The position numbers and the translations under genes were made by a program. From NCBI RefSeq assembly GCF_009914755.1, contig NC_060929.1: a DNA stretch of 64,000 bases; one strand, given 5' to 3'. Shown piece after piece: positions 1 to 16,240 of the stretch; positions within the stretch are counted from its first letter, which is position 1; each line of letters opens with the position of its first letter. This DNA is from the human T2T-CHM13v2.0 reference genome, Homo sapiens. Below the pieces are notes generated by a model. It was given only the letters and a program-made list of their open reading frames with translations. It had not been told where the DNA came from and did no database searches.

Positions 1-204
1 ACTATTGCTATCCTACATTCTTGAGAAAGTCCGGAAATATATTTCTTTGCCGACACCCCAGAGCCAATTCTCATTAATATTTTAAAGTGTATCTTTTATC
101 ATGATGCCCACCCCTAGGCACTCAGCTCAAACCTCTCTCTTGCAATATTCTTTTTACCTCTCCACCTGTGAAATTCCTCAGGATCAAAGTTCCTATGGCA
201 ACTA

Positions 205-377
205 GGTGTTAGGAAAAGAGGGATTTGGAGGTGATAAAAATGTTCTGGAATTAGATATAGCAATAGTTGCACGGTATTTTTAATATAGTAAAGCCATTGA
301 ACTGTACACTTTAAAACGGTTAACGTGGTGAAATTTATGTTATGTGAACTTTATCTCCATTAGAAAATAAAAAAACA
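205..377 (+). mobile_element. Old L1 (L1M-type) 3' end fragment
   Basis: aaatgttctggaattagat...ccattgaactgtacactttaaaa...tttatgttatgtgaactttatctc followed by an A-rich tail. Confidence 0.7.
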
Positions 378-1544
378 GTGATTAAAGCAATCCTCACTAA
401 CACTGACTAACAACCCTGTCAAGTGTAAGTGTATTTTAAAGAAAGTGCGTTGGGCCTAAATAAAATCTTGAGTTGGCAGCATTCCAAGCATTTAGAGAGA
501 GGTCATGTTAATATTTATTGGAATAAGACTAGGCGTGAATAGTTGTCCACTTGGGTGTAGGTCTGTTGAACAATGTCACCTTTTCCTCTTCTAATTTCTC
601 CCAGCCTAGCTCTTTCAAAGCTGTTATTCCCCAGACTAGCAACCAATTATTTGACCAAGAGTTCTACAGGTAACCTTCTTTCACCACTGAAAACAGATAT
701 TTGTTTTACCAGTCTACCTAGGGTTTTCTAAGAAAGTAACTAGTCTGGTCTTGGAATTTCACTGTTTGAGATGCTGGGACTTCGTCAAAAACCACTGCTC
801 ACCATCATCAGACTTTATGGAGCTCAGGTTGATATGTAGTCAAAAGCACAGTGTTTTTGCACTCTGCTCCCTACTCTCTACTATGTCCAAGGGTGCTATT
901 GCCTTGACAGAAAATGACAAGAACTTATGAAAACAAAAGGCAGAGATGTCTCCCCCACAGGAATCATTATCCCACCATTTGCAGGAAGGAATTTACTTTT
1001 ACAGCACTACCACTGAACTTTCAGATACAGAAGCTATACCAAGATGGGATATTTTACATTTAGACCAATACACACCAGCAATTAACAGTGGGAAAAAATA
1101 AGAGAGCATAGGAGTGATCAGTTAAAGGTGTACTTTCTAAATATGATAAATTCCTAAGGAGTTTTGATATTTGCCTTACAGAAATAGCTCATATTTAACT
1201 AAAAAGTTAAATGTTAAAAAATCTATAGGTCTCATTCAGAGATTGCCTGTTAGTTATCTCTTCCTTTGTCCACTGAAAGTATTTTCCTGAAATAGAGCCA
1301 CTATATCCCTAAACCAAAATCTTCTTCCTGATTTCAGAACTTCCCGCAAGGATAAGCATCTGTTTCAGGAGTCCCTGCAGAGCTTAGAGATTTATTGCAC
1401 AGAAGATCTCAGGAAATGTTACTTCTTCCAGCTGGAGGCTGTGGCCTAATTCAATATGTACAAATTTAGTGTGATTGTGATTTTCAAAATGTCATTTTAG
1501 AGACCTGTAGGCTTAAATAGCACTGACGTAAAAACTAAGCATTG

Positions 1545-1640
1545 ATCAGGACTTTGTTGGTTGCAAGTGACAGAAACCAAAATGAAACTAGTTGAAGCAG
1601 GAAAGGGATGTATGAGCCGCTCAGGCTGGTAAGGAGGCTG
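1545..1640 (-). mobile_element. MaLR LTR fragment (MLT1J/K-like)
   Basis: ggttgcaagtgacagaaacc...aaactag motif; related sequence resumes at about 2240-2410. Confidence 0.5.
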
Positions 1641-1836
1641 AACCGCGGGCTTTCTAGACTCCTCCGATGGCCCCTCCTTGCCTATTGACCCCACGTGGAC
1701 TACTGCAGGCACAGAAAGGGAAAGGGTCCCTTGGCTGTCCAGGCTTAACAGTCTATAGTGAACATTTGTTGTTTCTACTCAGAACCACTTCCCCGTTCTT
1801 TCAGTAACAGAGGCATGATTTCTGTTACTGAAAGAA

Positions 1837-2152
<316 letters not shown>

Positions 2153-4121
2153 TTATATCATTACCATATATTCTTTTTTTTCCTTAGGTAGTTAGCACTG
2201 GCTTATGGTACTTGCAATCAAGGAACATTAATTCACACCCAACTCCAGGTAACAGAGCTTCCACAGTCTACAAGGAAATCTCAGAGAAGGAATTTGATTT
2301 CCCTGCTCATATCACTTTCTAACTCCTTAGATCAATTACTGCGGCCAAGGCAATGGGATATTATCCTGGACCACACCTGAGTCATGTGCCAGATGTGAAG
2401 GGCTAGGGAGTGTTATCAGATAAAAGAAGATGGGGAAGCTTTCTGGATAGAAGACAAAATACACCTCTCACTGTGCCTTCTAACCTGTTTTAGTTAAACC
2501 TTATAAACTTGGAGAAGACAACCATCCACTGTTTTATCTTGTCAGGAAAGTACAACATTTCTCTTCTTTTTTCTCCCTATCATTTTTACACTACTTATTT
2601 AGGTCCTTCCTTTGCGAGAGGTCTGGAAATCTATTTATTTTGTAATTAACAAAGGGCAAAAAGATCTACCCTGAAATTTTTGGTTGGGGTCCAGTGTTTT
2701 CTAACTACACCAGCTGTGGGAATTCAATGATGTCAAGGTCCCCTCCCTCCTTTGTTTATAAGACTAATTTTGGAATTATACCATTATCAGGAAATGGTGT
2801 TCCCTTCCTTCTGTCCATTCCTTAGGAACGGTACTTTTTGTTTGTTTGTTTAAAAAAAAAAAAGTCTTCTTGCCTCTGTATCCAGAGAGGTTGGATGAAG
2901 GGCAAGCACCAGCTAAATGTCAGACAAAGCACAAGGGAATTGGAGCTTGATCAATTTCAAAGGTTTCGTTCTTAGCTACAGAGACTGCTCTGATTACCTG
3001 AAGGGCATGTACTGCTTGGGAATGCTGCTAAATAGCTCAGACTGGAGCTGGGGAGGAAGATACTTCCTTCCAGGATATTTGCAGAACAGTCTTGGGCACT
3101 CCTTTGTCAAACATCAGCAGATGGACATCAATTTGTCAACATAAGCTGAATTGGAGACTTTGGGGTTGCAAACAATTGGCAGCCAGCTGTCAGTAGTGGA
3201 GCAGCTGTCCCTGGTATAAACCACTTGTTGACAAAGCAGAAAAAGTGAATGGTATTCTCTCCTGTAGCTCCCCAGAAACCTCACTATTATTTTATTTAGT
3301 AACTCAGTGTTTCCTTATAGGAGGTTAAGGATAGAGATTAGCTACATTGGTCATATGAATACATTTGGAGGAAAGAGTAGATACTTCTAGGGAGCTTGAG
3401 CTTATCAAATCAAATTTAGAAAGGATGCACAAAACCAAATCCTGCTGGACAAGCAGGAGACTTCTGTATGAAGGCACAGCATTTATTTCTGGCCAGTGGG
3501 ATAATGTTATATGTATCTAATATGTATATTAGATATATACCTCTGTGCATTATGGTAATCTATGTGTATATGGTAATTTACTATGGTATTCTAAAGATAC
3601 ACTGGCTTGGACGAGATTACCCTACTATGCCTCTAAATTCCTCAATTAAATAAAGCCATAATTTGATATTTGCCAAAGAACATATGATTAAAAAGAAGAA
3701 ATGTAAGAGGAACAGCATTCATTGCTCCTTAGTTGCCTCGTATGCAGTTGGATCCCAGAAAAAGTGTATTATTAACTCAGGCAAGCATAAGAAACAGGTC
3801 TGGCAAGACTGAAAATGTTACTGCTCTTCTGCGCGTGCTTTTCTTAATCCCAGAAACTGTGGCTATAAATGTCCCCGACTCCCCAGTTTTCCACTAAGAC
3901 CTGGAAGTCCTGCCATGCCAAGCTATCATCTGAATCTGGGCACACCAATAGAGCATCTGCTCCATAAAGATGGTCAAGACATGTTCCGGGGCTACTTTTT
4001 TCCCTGGCTTTCCTGGTAAATAAGGAAGGAGCCCCATTCCTATTCTAGAGAACTTTGAATAGAACTTGGCAAACAAAGGAAGGAGGAGCCCTCAGTCACA
4101 GACTGAACTTGTATTATTATA

Positions 4122-4550
4122 CAGTTGACCCTTGAACAACATAGGTTTGAATTGTGCTGGTCCACTTATACCCAGATTTCCTTCTGCCTCTGCCACCCCT
4201 GAGATGACAAGACCACCCCTCCTCTTCCTCGTCCTCCTCAGATGCTGAGGATGAAGATCTTGGATCCATTTATCTACTTAATGGATACTAAATATGTTTT
4301 CTCTTCCTTATGATTTTCTGAATAACATTTTCTTTTCTCTAGATGACTGTGTTATAAGAATACAGTATATGATACATATAACACATAAAATTTGTGTTAA
4401 CCAGCTGTTTATATTATCAGTAAAGCTTCTAGTCAACAGCAGGCTATTAGTAGTTCAGTTCAGTTTTGGGGGTGTCAAAAGTTGTATGTGAATTTTTAAC
4501 TGTGCAGGAGGTCAGAAACCTTAACCCCTGTGTTGTTCAAGGGTCAATGG
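4122..4550. mobile_element. Tigger2a-like non-autonomous Tc1/mariner element
   Basis: TIRs cagttgacccttgaacaaca / tgttgttcaagggtcaatgg flanked by TA; about 430 bp. Confidence 0.85.
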
Positions 4551-4779
4551 TAAATTGATTGATTGTAACTCAAAAAGGTAGATTGCTGAGGCCAAGGAAA
4601 TGAAAGGATGCAAAGAGAAATGGCAAGAGAAATAGATGTATGCTTCAGGAATGAAAGAAAACAAGAATTGTTACCAGTCTTCAAAGGCAGAACAAGTACT
4701 TACAAGACAGATCAAGGGGATAAAACTTAGCTCTATAGAATCTCTATGTTATAATCTATATTATCTTAACTCTTAAAAA

Positions 4780-5124
<345 letters not shown>

Positions 5125-5424
5125 TTATCACACTAGGCTGTCTATAATAGGATTCTGACTTCAGGGAAATGTGTCATCCTCTAAGTTGACTCACAATACA
5201 TCAACCTATTTGAAAAACAATGCCTTCCAGTCCCTTTATCCCAGCTGACCAGAACAATTTTGATGGCTCTTCAGAGTAAATAGGTTTTTGTAACTTTGGA
5301 TGACTGCCAAAACCTCTGGAAAATTTCTGACAATATGTAGTTAATTTTTATTTCATTTTTGTAAGGTTTTGCCACAACCAGACATTATTCATTTTCATTT
5401 TAAATTATGTGTAACATTAATTAA

Positions 5425-5740
<316 letters not shown>

Positions 5741-5867
5741 TTATTTACTATTTTTTAAAGATTAACAAGCTTTCAACATGAGAACTCCTTTAAAATACAT
5801 ATTTTTAATTTTCAATTTTTAATACCTTATATATGTATTGTGATCGTATTGTTAGATCTAAAAGTCA

Positions 5868-6209
<342 letters not shown>

Positions 6210-7094
6210 TTACATTCATACTCAAAGATATTTGAAATCAGGACCATGCTCCTGAATACTAGATCTAGTATCACTATACTTCTAATTCATATAGGATTGC
6301 AGGAGAAAATGGAAATGCCACGTTTATTTAACTGTTCTCATTTATGGATGTTAACCACTAAGTGTCACGTAGTCATAGAAGCAAAAGTTAGAATTGAACA
6401 TACTAATTTTTAATAGAATGTACTTAACTCCACAAATCTAAGACACTGTCAAAGAAATTGAGGGAAATACACAGCTGATTACTCTGAATGTGAGAATCAG
6501 TGCCTAGTTTTATTAACTGTAGCAGAAGAAGACAGTATTTAAACCAGACCTTATATAATCCATCTATCTTGATGCTATAAACAAAATTTCCAGATACAAG
6601 GGGCTAATCTTTTCTTTTTCATAGCCATAACTTTTCCTTGTAAGTCCCAAGAGAGAGTCAATAATTGAATTTCAGAAAAGATGACCTTCTTTTGAGGTTG
6701 TTTTTGATCTGAAGCCAAAGGGAGGTAATTTATTTAGCAGAAGCTGTGGGTTCTAAACAAAGATACATTTGTGGAAATAATGGCAAACAAAATAAAGTAC
6801 CTTAATTTATTCATCAATAAAGCACTACCAAGATGCTAAGAATTCACATCAGAATAAATGCTCATGGGAATGGAAACTGGTTTGAGGTTTTCTTTTTTCC
6901 TTTTTCATGAGCACATGCTGCTGAACGCTTTTACTTCTATTATATAAAAAAGCTTTCATCCTTTGAAAACATTCCTGAAGAAAACTGATAGATCTACAAG
7001 TCTTCTGTTGCCTCAATTATATCAGCTTTCCTTTTGGTTAATTTAATCTAAGGCAATAAATAAGTAAATACTCTTATCCCTTTTAAATGACTGA

Positions 7095-7457
<363 letters not shown>

Positions 7458-7827
7458 TGATTGGCCTCCCTACCCCAGTTGGCACGCTGGGCCAGCACCT
7501 GGCCCCTGTATTGGCATGCCTATCCCTTCAGCCACTTTGAACCTGTCCATTCTGCACACCTCTTTCTGAACTCTTCCTGACCTCCTCTGGCCATGCCACT
7601 GGTCAACAGTTTTATAAATTTTTTTTTTTTTTGGATCCAATATTCAAGGTAGCTTTTCTGGTTCTTACTGCATTCCTTAACTAATCAATATGTCCCTTGA
7701 TGGATGTTTGCTTCCATCTGTTTTAGGTAATACCTTGCCCAATTCTGGTCTAGTGCTTAGCATTGTCTCCTATGTGGTCTGATGTTCCCACCAAATGGAT
7801 CTGGATCTCACAGATGCGAAGATCTCT

Positions 7828-8210
7828 TGTCCATGTATGGTGGCTCACACTTGTAATCCCAGCACTGTGGTAGGCCAAGCTGGAGGATGGCTAGAGCCCA
7901 AGAGTTTGAGACCAGACTAGGCAGGATAGTGAGACCCCATTTCTACAAAAATTTTTTTAAAAAAATAGCTGGGTGTAGTGGTGCATGCTTGTAGTTTCAG
8001 CTACTCAGGAGGCTGAAATGGGAGGATCACTTGAGCCTGGGTGGTCGATGCTACAGTGAGATGTCATTTTGTGACTTTCCCAGTTGCTCCTGTAGATAAG
8101 CATCACTATTGTAAAACCTAAGATTGGTGTTTTGAGATGCCACTACACTCCAGCCTGGTCAACAGAATGGCAGTGAGAGACCCTGTATTTAAAAAAAAAA
8201 AAAAAAAAAA
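7828..8210 (+). mobile_element. AluJ with a 76-bp internal non-Alu insert
   Basis: Diverged Alu (ggaggatcacttgagcc); the right arm is interrupted at 8064-8139. Confidence 0.85.
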
Positions 8211-8399
8211 GGCTTAGGAATTTAACCTTCATTGGTCTGGCTCAAGTCCACTGTTGCTTACCTTCATCTAGCCATCTAGAGCTTCGTTATCTAATCTCTG
8301 GTCCTTCACAGATAGTCTCATAATTTCTTTTCTTTAACCAACTCAGTGCTTTACACTTAAGACAGGTTAATTATGTAGGAAGACAGTTTTGGGAACATC

Positions 8400-8560
8400 A
8401 TTTTCAGTCAAAAATTCTTTCATGGATTCCCATTGCCTGTGAAATAAAATTAACATATTTTAGCCTGACATTCAGGGCCCTCTATGAACTGGCCTCAACA
8501 CTTATTTCTAGATTTATTTCTTAAAACTTTCTTTCTTATACTCATATTCCCTGTCTCCAT
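8400..8560 (+). mobile_element. L2 fragment
   Basis: ttcccattgcc...aataaaat...ggccctctatgaactggcc resembles the L2 3' region. Confidence 0.5.
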
Positions 8561-8790
8561 CATTTGCCCGACAAAACATCTGGTGGAAGCTATCTATCTC
8601 TGTTCTCCACTGCTACCTGGTTGGTTTCACTTTGTTTGCATGGTTATAGATCTCAGATGAACACATAATTTTGCTCAGCAAAGCAGCCATGATTTTTTCC
8701 CCATAGATTGCTTTCTCACTATTCTGTACCCTCACACTTCTCTTCAAACTTCTCTCTTCATCCCCTCTATGTACACCCAGGAGAATGACC

Positions 8791-9093
8791 TTGCTTGTTT
8801 GTTTGTTTTGAGACAGAGTCTTGCTCTGTCGCCCAGGCTGGAGTGCAGTGGCGCAATCTCGGCTCACTGCAACCTCAGCCTCCCGGGTTCAAGCAGTTCT
8901 CCTTGTCTCAGCCTCCAGAGTAGCTGGGATTACAGGTGCCTGCCACCGCTCCTGGCTAATTTTTGTATTTTTTAGTAGAGACAGGGTTTTGCCATGTTGG
9001 CCGGGCTGGTCTTGAACTCCTGACCTCAGGTGATCCGCCTGCCTTGGCCTCCCAAAGTGCTAGGATTACAGGTGTGCACCACTGTGCCCAGCC
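8791..9093 (-). mobile_element. AluS
   Basis: Antisense Alu; TSD aatgacctt. Confidence 0.95.
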
Positions 9094-10959
9094 GAAAATG
9101 ACCTTACTTATGACTCATTGAGAGTACACAAGCCATCCGTGAGGGATTCTTATCTTTCATCTTTCCACTACCAAATCTAAATTCTTGCTTCTTCACTTGT
9201 TTTCTCCTGATTGCTTTTTGTTAGAGTGGAAAAAGGGTCCCCTCCTCCCATTTAAGGTCTCTCGTTCCACCTAGTGCTCCACACTCATCATTCTCATCTT
9301 TCCAGTGATGTACTTATTTGCCTCATCTCATGCATGCATCATATACTTCTCTTTACTAGCTCATTACTATCTGCATAGGAACATGTTGGTATTTCACATC
9401 TCTGTAAAAACTTCCTTTGATGCCTCATTTCTCAGTCTCTTTGTCCCACTCTCACCTTGGAATAAGGTCAACATATTGAAAAGATTATCTCCACACACTA
9501 TCTTCACTTCTTCACCTCCCTCTCATTTGCTGTTTAATCCACCACATTCTGGTTCTTTCTACTCCATCTAGATGATGGTATTCAACTGATAGTGCTTTTA
9601 TGTATGGCATTTACTATCTTTTAGCTTACCTAACAATTTTTGTCCATTTCTTCCCATTGGACCACAAGCTCTTCGAGGGTATATATTACATCTTCAGCAT
9701 ATTTGTATCCTCCCACATTACCCAGTACTGCTGCCTTGCATAAAGACAGGCAGAAGTACTGTCTTTTTTTTATCAGAGTACTATTGGGTTTTTATCAGAG
9801 TACTATTAACAGGAATGGAAATGAAAGATGTTGCGCAAATTACTAAGTCTAAAAAAAGCCAAGAAGCTATAAAGAATGTTGGTTACAATAATTATCATTT
9901 GAAGATTGTTATGTGCTTATGTCATAATCAAATTGTAAATTATCTGATGCTATCATATACTTGGAGCAGTGGAGAAAGCCCTAAAATTAGAGACTAAACA
10001 TCATAGAAACACATGATTTCAAAAGAAAAGGTAGACAATCCTGAGATAATTAAGGTGCTGTTGTTTGTTGTTTTGTTACCATGTAATTCTGATTACATGA
10101 CAAAGATTAACTCCTGGATGGAACTAGCAGAACAGAAAAATACAGATGTAGTTATTTCTAAATTTATAGAGAAATTGGTTTAGTATCTAAGATGCTGACA
10201 TTAGTTGAGCTGTAGTGTGGATTCAAAATGCCTTTAAAAAATCTAAAATGAACTCAAAATATGTTTCCATTATAATCAGAAGTGCATATGTACATTTCAG
10301 GTATGTAGGTGATGTGGAAGAAATTTTAAATTTTATCTTTGTGAGCTCTAGTAGTTCACTTGGCAACTGGCAGTGCAGTCCTCTGACATCATTTTCTCAT
10401 TGTTGACTAGTTTTATGAAGATGTGGCATTGTTCTAGAGAGAAATTGAATAATTATGAATTTAAATAAAGTACTCAGAAATCTGTGTTATAGTTGGCCAA
10501 ATGTGCAAATAAAGATTTTATTTTATTTTTAAATGCAAGAGCTGGTTAAATAGAAACACATAGCTCAGGGTTAGGAAGAGAAACAGTGTAGAGTAGGTTT
10601 GTATGAAAATAAAAGAACAGAGAAAATAATGCTCTCCATTGTCTCGAGTGACACAGAATTGGCAGTAATCCAAATACCGCAAGAGACAAGATTAATATTA
10701 AGTATATCTGTCAACATCCTGTTTGAAAATCTCAGCCAGGATCGGAGATATCTGAAAACATCCAAAGGGGGTTTCGCCTAAGAATGAGTCATAGTCTCCA
10801 TAGCAGAAAGCCCTAAAATATCAGTATCGGGTGTTAGAAGTCAAGCAGACCTTAGCGATAATCTTGTCCACTCCCATGTTTTACAGATGAGAAAACTGGG
10901 GTCCAGACAACCCTCTCTCCACCCAGCTACACTGGCAGGCACCAGGAAGTAATGAACAG

Positions 10960-11160
10960 AATATGGATTTGGAACTACACAGAATTAGGACCAGATCCCA
11001 GCTCAGTCACTCAGACAAGTCCCTTACTATCTCTGAGCCTCAATTTCCTCAACTTTAATATGAGAATCAAAATAGCTACTTTGCAAGGTGGTTGTAAGAT
11101 TGGGAGCAATGCACATATAAAGCATCTGACACACAGAGAATCAACAAATGCTAGGTCTTA
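10960..11160 (+). mobile_element. MIR
   Basis: Core ctctgagcctcaatttcctca...ggtggttgtaagatt. A second, antisense MIR fragment (tttacagatgagaaaactg) lies at about 10830-10910. Confidence 0.7.
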
Positions 11161-11927
11161 TTGCCCATAGTCCTGGGATTAGTAAAACAGAACAAGGACA
11201 CCCACTGCAGTCCAAGTGTGTTCTCACTATACCTTTAGAGATCCCCAGTCCGTAGACCTCTTCCAAAAAGAGGGGAAGGGGAGGAGTTATTACACTCTTC
11301 TATAAACACGTAGGCTTTTGATAATCTGGAAATATCAAATGAGCCAGTATCATATAAAATGCCAACTGGAACTTACTAACTTGTCCAGAACATCAACATG
11401 ACAAAGGATAGTTTAACATAAGGGACAGAAATCTGATAAACATTTATAAATACAGCCCAACAAAACCTTTCTGAATTGAATCTTTCACACTTAAGTATGT
11501 GTGGGGACGGGGTGTCAATGTTGCATATATATATACCAAACCAGGCTTTGTAAGTTACACAATGGCCTATTTTTAAAAATTCAGCAATAATGCATTAATT
11601 TTTCTAACATTTAAGACAGACCTCCTGTATCTAAAATAAAAGTTGAAATTAAAGAAAAAAAAATTTCATTCCAAATTAAAACTAAACTTTGGGAAAAAAA
11701 ATCCAAACCTTTAAAGATGGAATGAATTATAGCAAAAAGATAAAGGAAAATTGCTTAAGCCTTTGCGGTTTGTAAAAGAGTGAGACAAAGCTGAAATGTT
11801 TATTTGTTCTAATTACCTATCTCCATTGCAGGTGTATATGACATGGAAATACAGGCCCTACTACTTAAAGGATAGACTTAATGACTCGTGGGCATTCTGA
11901 TTGCTCGGATACTTTAGTCCTATCTAA

Positions 11928-12230
<303 letters not shown>

Positions 12231-12509
12231 AATCCTATCTAATTTTAACTCATTTATATAAATATAGTCATTAGCCATGACATGTTAACTTTGAATGGAC
12301 AATGTAAGTTTCCACAGCTAGATTCTACTGAATACCTTCTCAGGATATTCCCTTTGAAAATGAATAAGAATCTAAATCTATAAAGGAATGCTAAGTAACT
12401 AGCTTCTCCAAGTTACTACTTGCATTGTTTCCAGGTGCCTAGAGTCACCAGTATGGTAATATAAGATCTAAATAGCTGATAAAAGTAAGAAATCTGTAAG
12501 ATTTTAGAA

Positions 12510-13050
12510 CTAGAAAGGTTGTTAATGAGGCCACAAATTCGCCCATAGGCTAAATCCAGCCAACCAAAGTGTTTTAATTGTTCCTTAAAGTATTTGCCCA
12601 TGCTATATGTTAGATACTTTGCAATAGTCTCAACCATTTAACAATCAAGAGATTTCACATTGCAAACAAGATTTCCAGCTTCCTTTGAAAAGTTATATAA
12701 TCTGGCAACTCTGGGCTGAATTTTTTTTTTCCCTGCAACTTTTATTTTGAGTTCAGGGGTACATGTGTAGGATGTGCAGTTTGGTTACGTAAGTAAGCGT
12801 GTGCTGCGGTATTTTGCTGCACAGATCATTCCATCACCTAGGTATTAAGCCCAGCATCCATTAGCTATTCTTCCTGATGGTCTCCCTCCCCCACCACCTT
12901 CTTCTAACAGTGGGTCTGAATTCTTGCATGGCAATCCTTGGTTAGAGCTGAACAGTGGCCACCCCTTAAATGCAATGAGTTCTCTCCAGTTGCCCCATCT
13001 CCTATTACTCCTGATGGGATTACACAGGCCGATTCTGCTTACTGACATTG
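12510..13050. mobile_element. hAT-Charlie MITE (MER102-like), split by an L1PA insertion
   Basis: agatttccagcttcctttgaaaa...tctggcaactctgggc, resuming as catggcaatcc...gagctgaacagtggcc. Confidence 0.55.
12721..12910 (-). mobile_element. L1PA 3' end, heavily 5'-truncated
   Basis: ggggtacatgtg...cacctaggtattaagcccagcatccattagctattcttcctgatg; TSD-like tggg(t)ctgaatt. Confidence 0.85.
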
Positions 13051-13164
13051 CCTTCACAGCTCCTGCTCTGGTCCAAATTCATATTTTACAGAAAAGAAAA
13101 GCCAACGCCCAGAGAGATCAAAAGATTGAAGCTAGCTCCAGAATCCAGATCTCCTAGCCAATTA

Positions 13165-13592
<428 letters not shown>

Positions 13593-13897
13593 GTAGTGCC
13601 ACCTCAGACAAAAATATTACTGATTATCAGTGGCTGCTTAGCTTGTTCTTAGAAGGAGGACTAATTATTAACAGGCAATTGGTTTCGTATAATTTTTTAA
13701 AATCTCTAAATTGGCTTTATTTGAATCTTTAATGTTAACATACATAAGAGTCCACTTGGTGGAATTTAAGTCCCTAGGCCCTTTTTGAAGAGATTCTGAA
13801 TAAGTATGTCTGTGTTGAGATGCAGGAATTTGCATTTTTAAGTGACTATCACAAGAGATTGATTGCACTTACCCATCAGACTAATACGTCACTTTCA

Positions 13898-14050
13898 GGT
13901 GGGTGTGGTGGCTCCCTCCTGCAATTCCAACACTTTGAGAGGTCCAGGCAGGAGGATCATTTGAGGCCATGAGTTAGAGACCAGCCTGGGCAACATAGTG
14001 AGACCCCCGTCCCTACAAATAATAATAATAATAATTTTAAACAATTAAAA
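13898..14050 (+). mobile_element. FLAM (free left Alu monomer)
   Basis: Single monomer with an (aat)n tail; TSD gtcactttca. Confidence 0.85.
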
Positions 14051-14164
14051 GTCACTTTCACATTTTCAATTCTCATCTTAAGCTCCAGACCTTAATCATG
14101 GTACTTGGTTCCCCTCCATTCAAAGAATGAAAATTTCCCACTTGTAGCTCCTGATTCTTTTCAT

Positions 14165-14484
<320 letters not shown>

Positions 14485-15777
14485 GATTCTTTTCATTTTC
14501 GGTGTTTCCTGTTTTGCGGTTTATTAAAGAAAAACCCAAAGAACATATAATGACTGGTATAGCACAAAGGACCAATCCCATAAATATAATTGCTCAATCA
14601 GAATGTTTTTATAATGGTGACTAGGTTACTAGTATAGAGTATCTCCTACAGACTCTACTGACTTTATTCTTCTTTCTAAATAATGCTTTCTTTGAATTGA
14701 AAAATATTTCCTTTATGGAGCAAATGTACCAGAAGTTCTTATAGCTTTCGCTTAAAACTGCAGGTCAACTTTTGTATTTCTTCTCTAATGTCTCTCTCTC
14801 TCTTTTTTTTAAAGGTTTTATCATCTTCTATGCCTTTTAAATAGACTTTTAGTATAACCAGACAAGCAAAATAAATAGCTACACAGTAGTCTCCTCACAT
14901 ATGACTATTATTTGATTCCATCTAACGAACTAGATATTATATCCTACATTATATCAGAATCACTTTATTTTACCTAAGGCAATTTTAAAGTGAAAATTTC
15001 TATATTCAGCCCCCCGAGAATAAAAATCAACAACAAAAAATCAGTCTCTTATAGGAAAGAGGGATATGCCAAAAAGGGATATGATGTCTGTCCACAATTA
15101 ATTCATACTGAAACACTGCAAAAGTAGCACCAGATAAAGGGAAAAGAAAGTTCATTGAAGTATTTAGCTGGATTCACAGTAGGATATTTTTGAAGGTGAA
15201 AGTTAAGGCTCTCGGGTTCTAAGTGCTTATGACAGAGCAATTCTTGATGTAAAAGCAGGCATATGTAACCAGGCCACTTTTAGAGGAAGAAATAGGACCT
15301 CGGAGGATTTTTAATATTATTCAATGGAAAAGAATCTTGTGTATATATGGAATAATGCAATTTTAGAAAAAGTGCATACATCGTATTTTGGGTTTTTCTT
15401 TTTCATTTTTCCTCTTAGGAATTAGCCTTTAGAGAGGATTCTCATTTTTTTTTCTTTTAAAATTTTGCATTAGAATAGGTGTTCTAGTTTATGAAAGCAC
15501 TTTTGAAAAAGATCATTTGAGAATGTGAAAATATTTAAGAATGTTTCAACTTCTCATGTAGTTTACTTCAAAAGTAACCTTTATAATATTAGACTATAAG
15601 TTATGCTGCAGAAGTAATTAATTGACCTGATTCTATTCATTAATTAAGACTCTCCCTGGTATCAAATGAGAAGCTTAACATACTGGGCAGTATAACAGTA
15701 ATCATTGTGAAAGTGCTCACTTTGGCTTTATGATTAACATAGGAACTTAAGAACTGCTTAGCTTAAAAACTTGCTAG

Positions 15778-15837
15778 AGTATATTTAACGGGGCCTGAAA
15801 GAGACCTAGTATATTTAATGGGGCCTGAAAGAGACCT
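15778..15837. repeat. 30-bp tandem duplication
   Basis: agtatatttaa(c/t)ggggcctgaaagagacct x2, one mismatch. Confidence 0.95.
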
Positions 15838-15850
15838 TAATATGGTCCAG

Positions 15851-16240
<390 letters not shown>

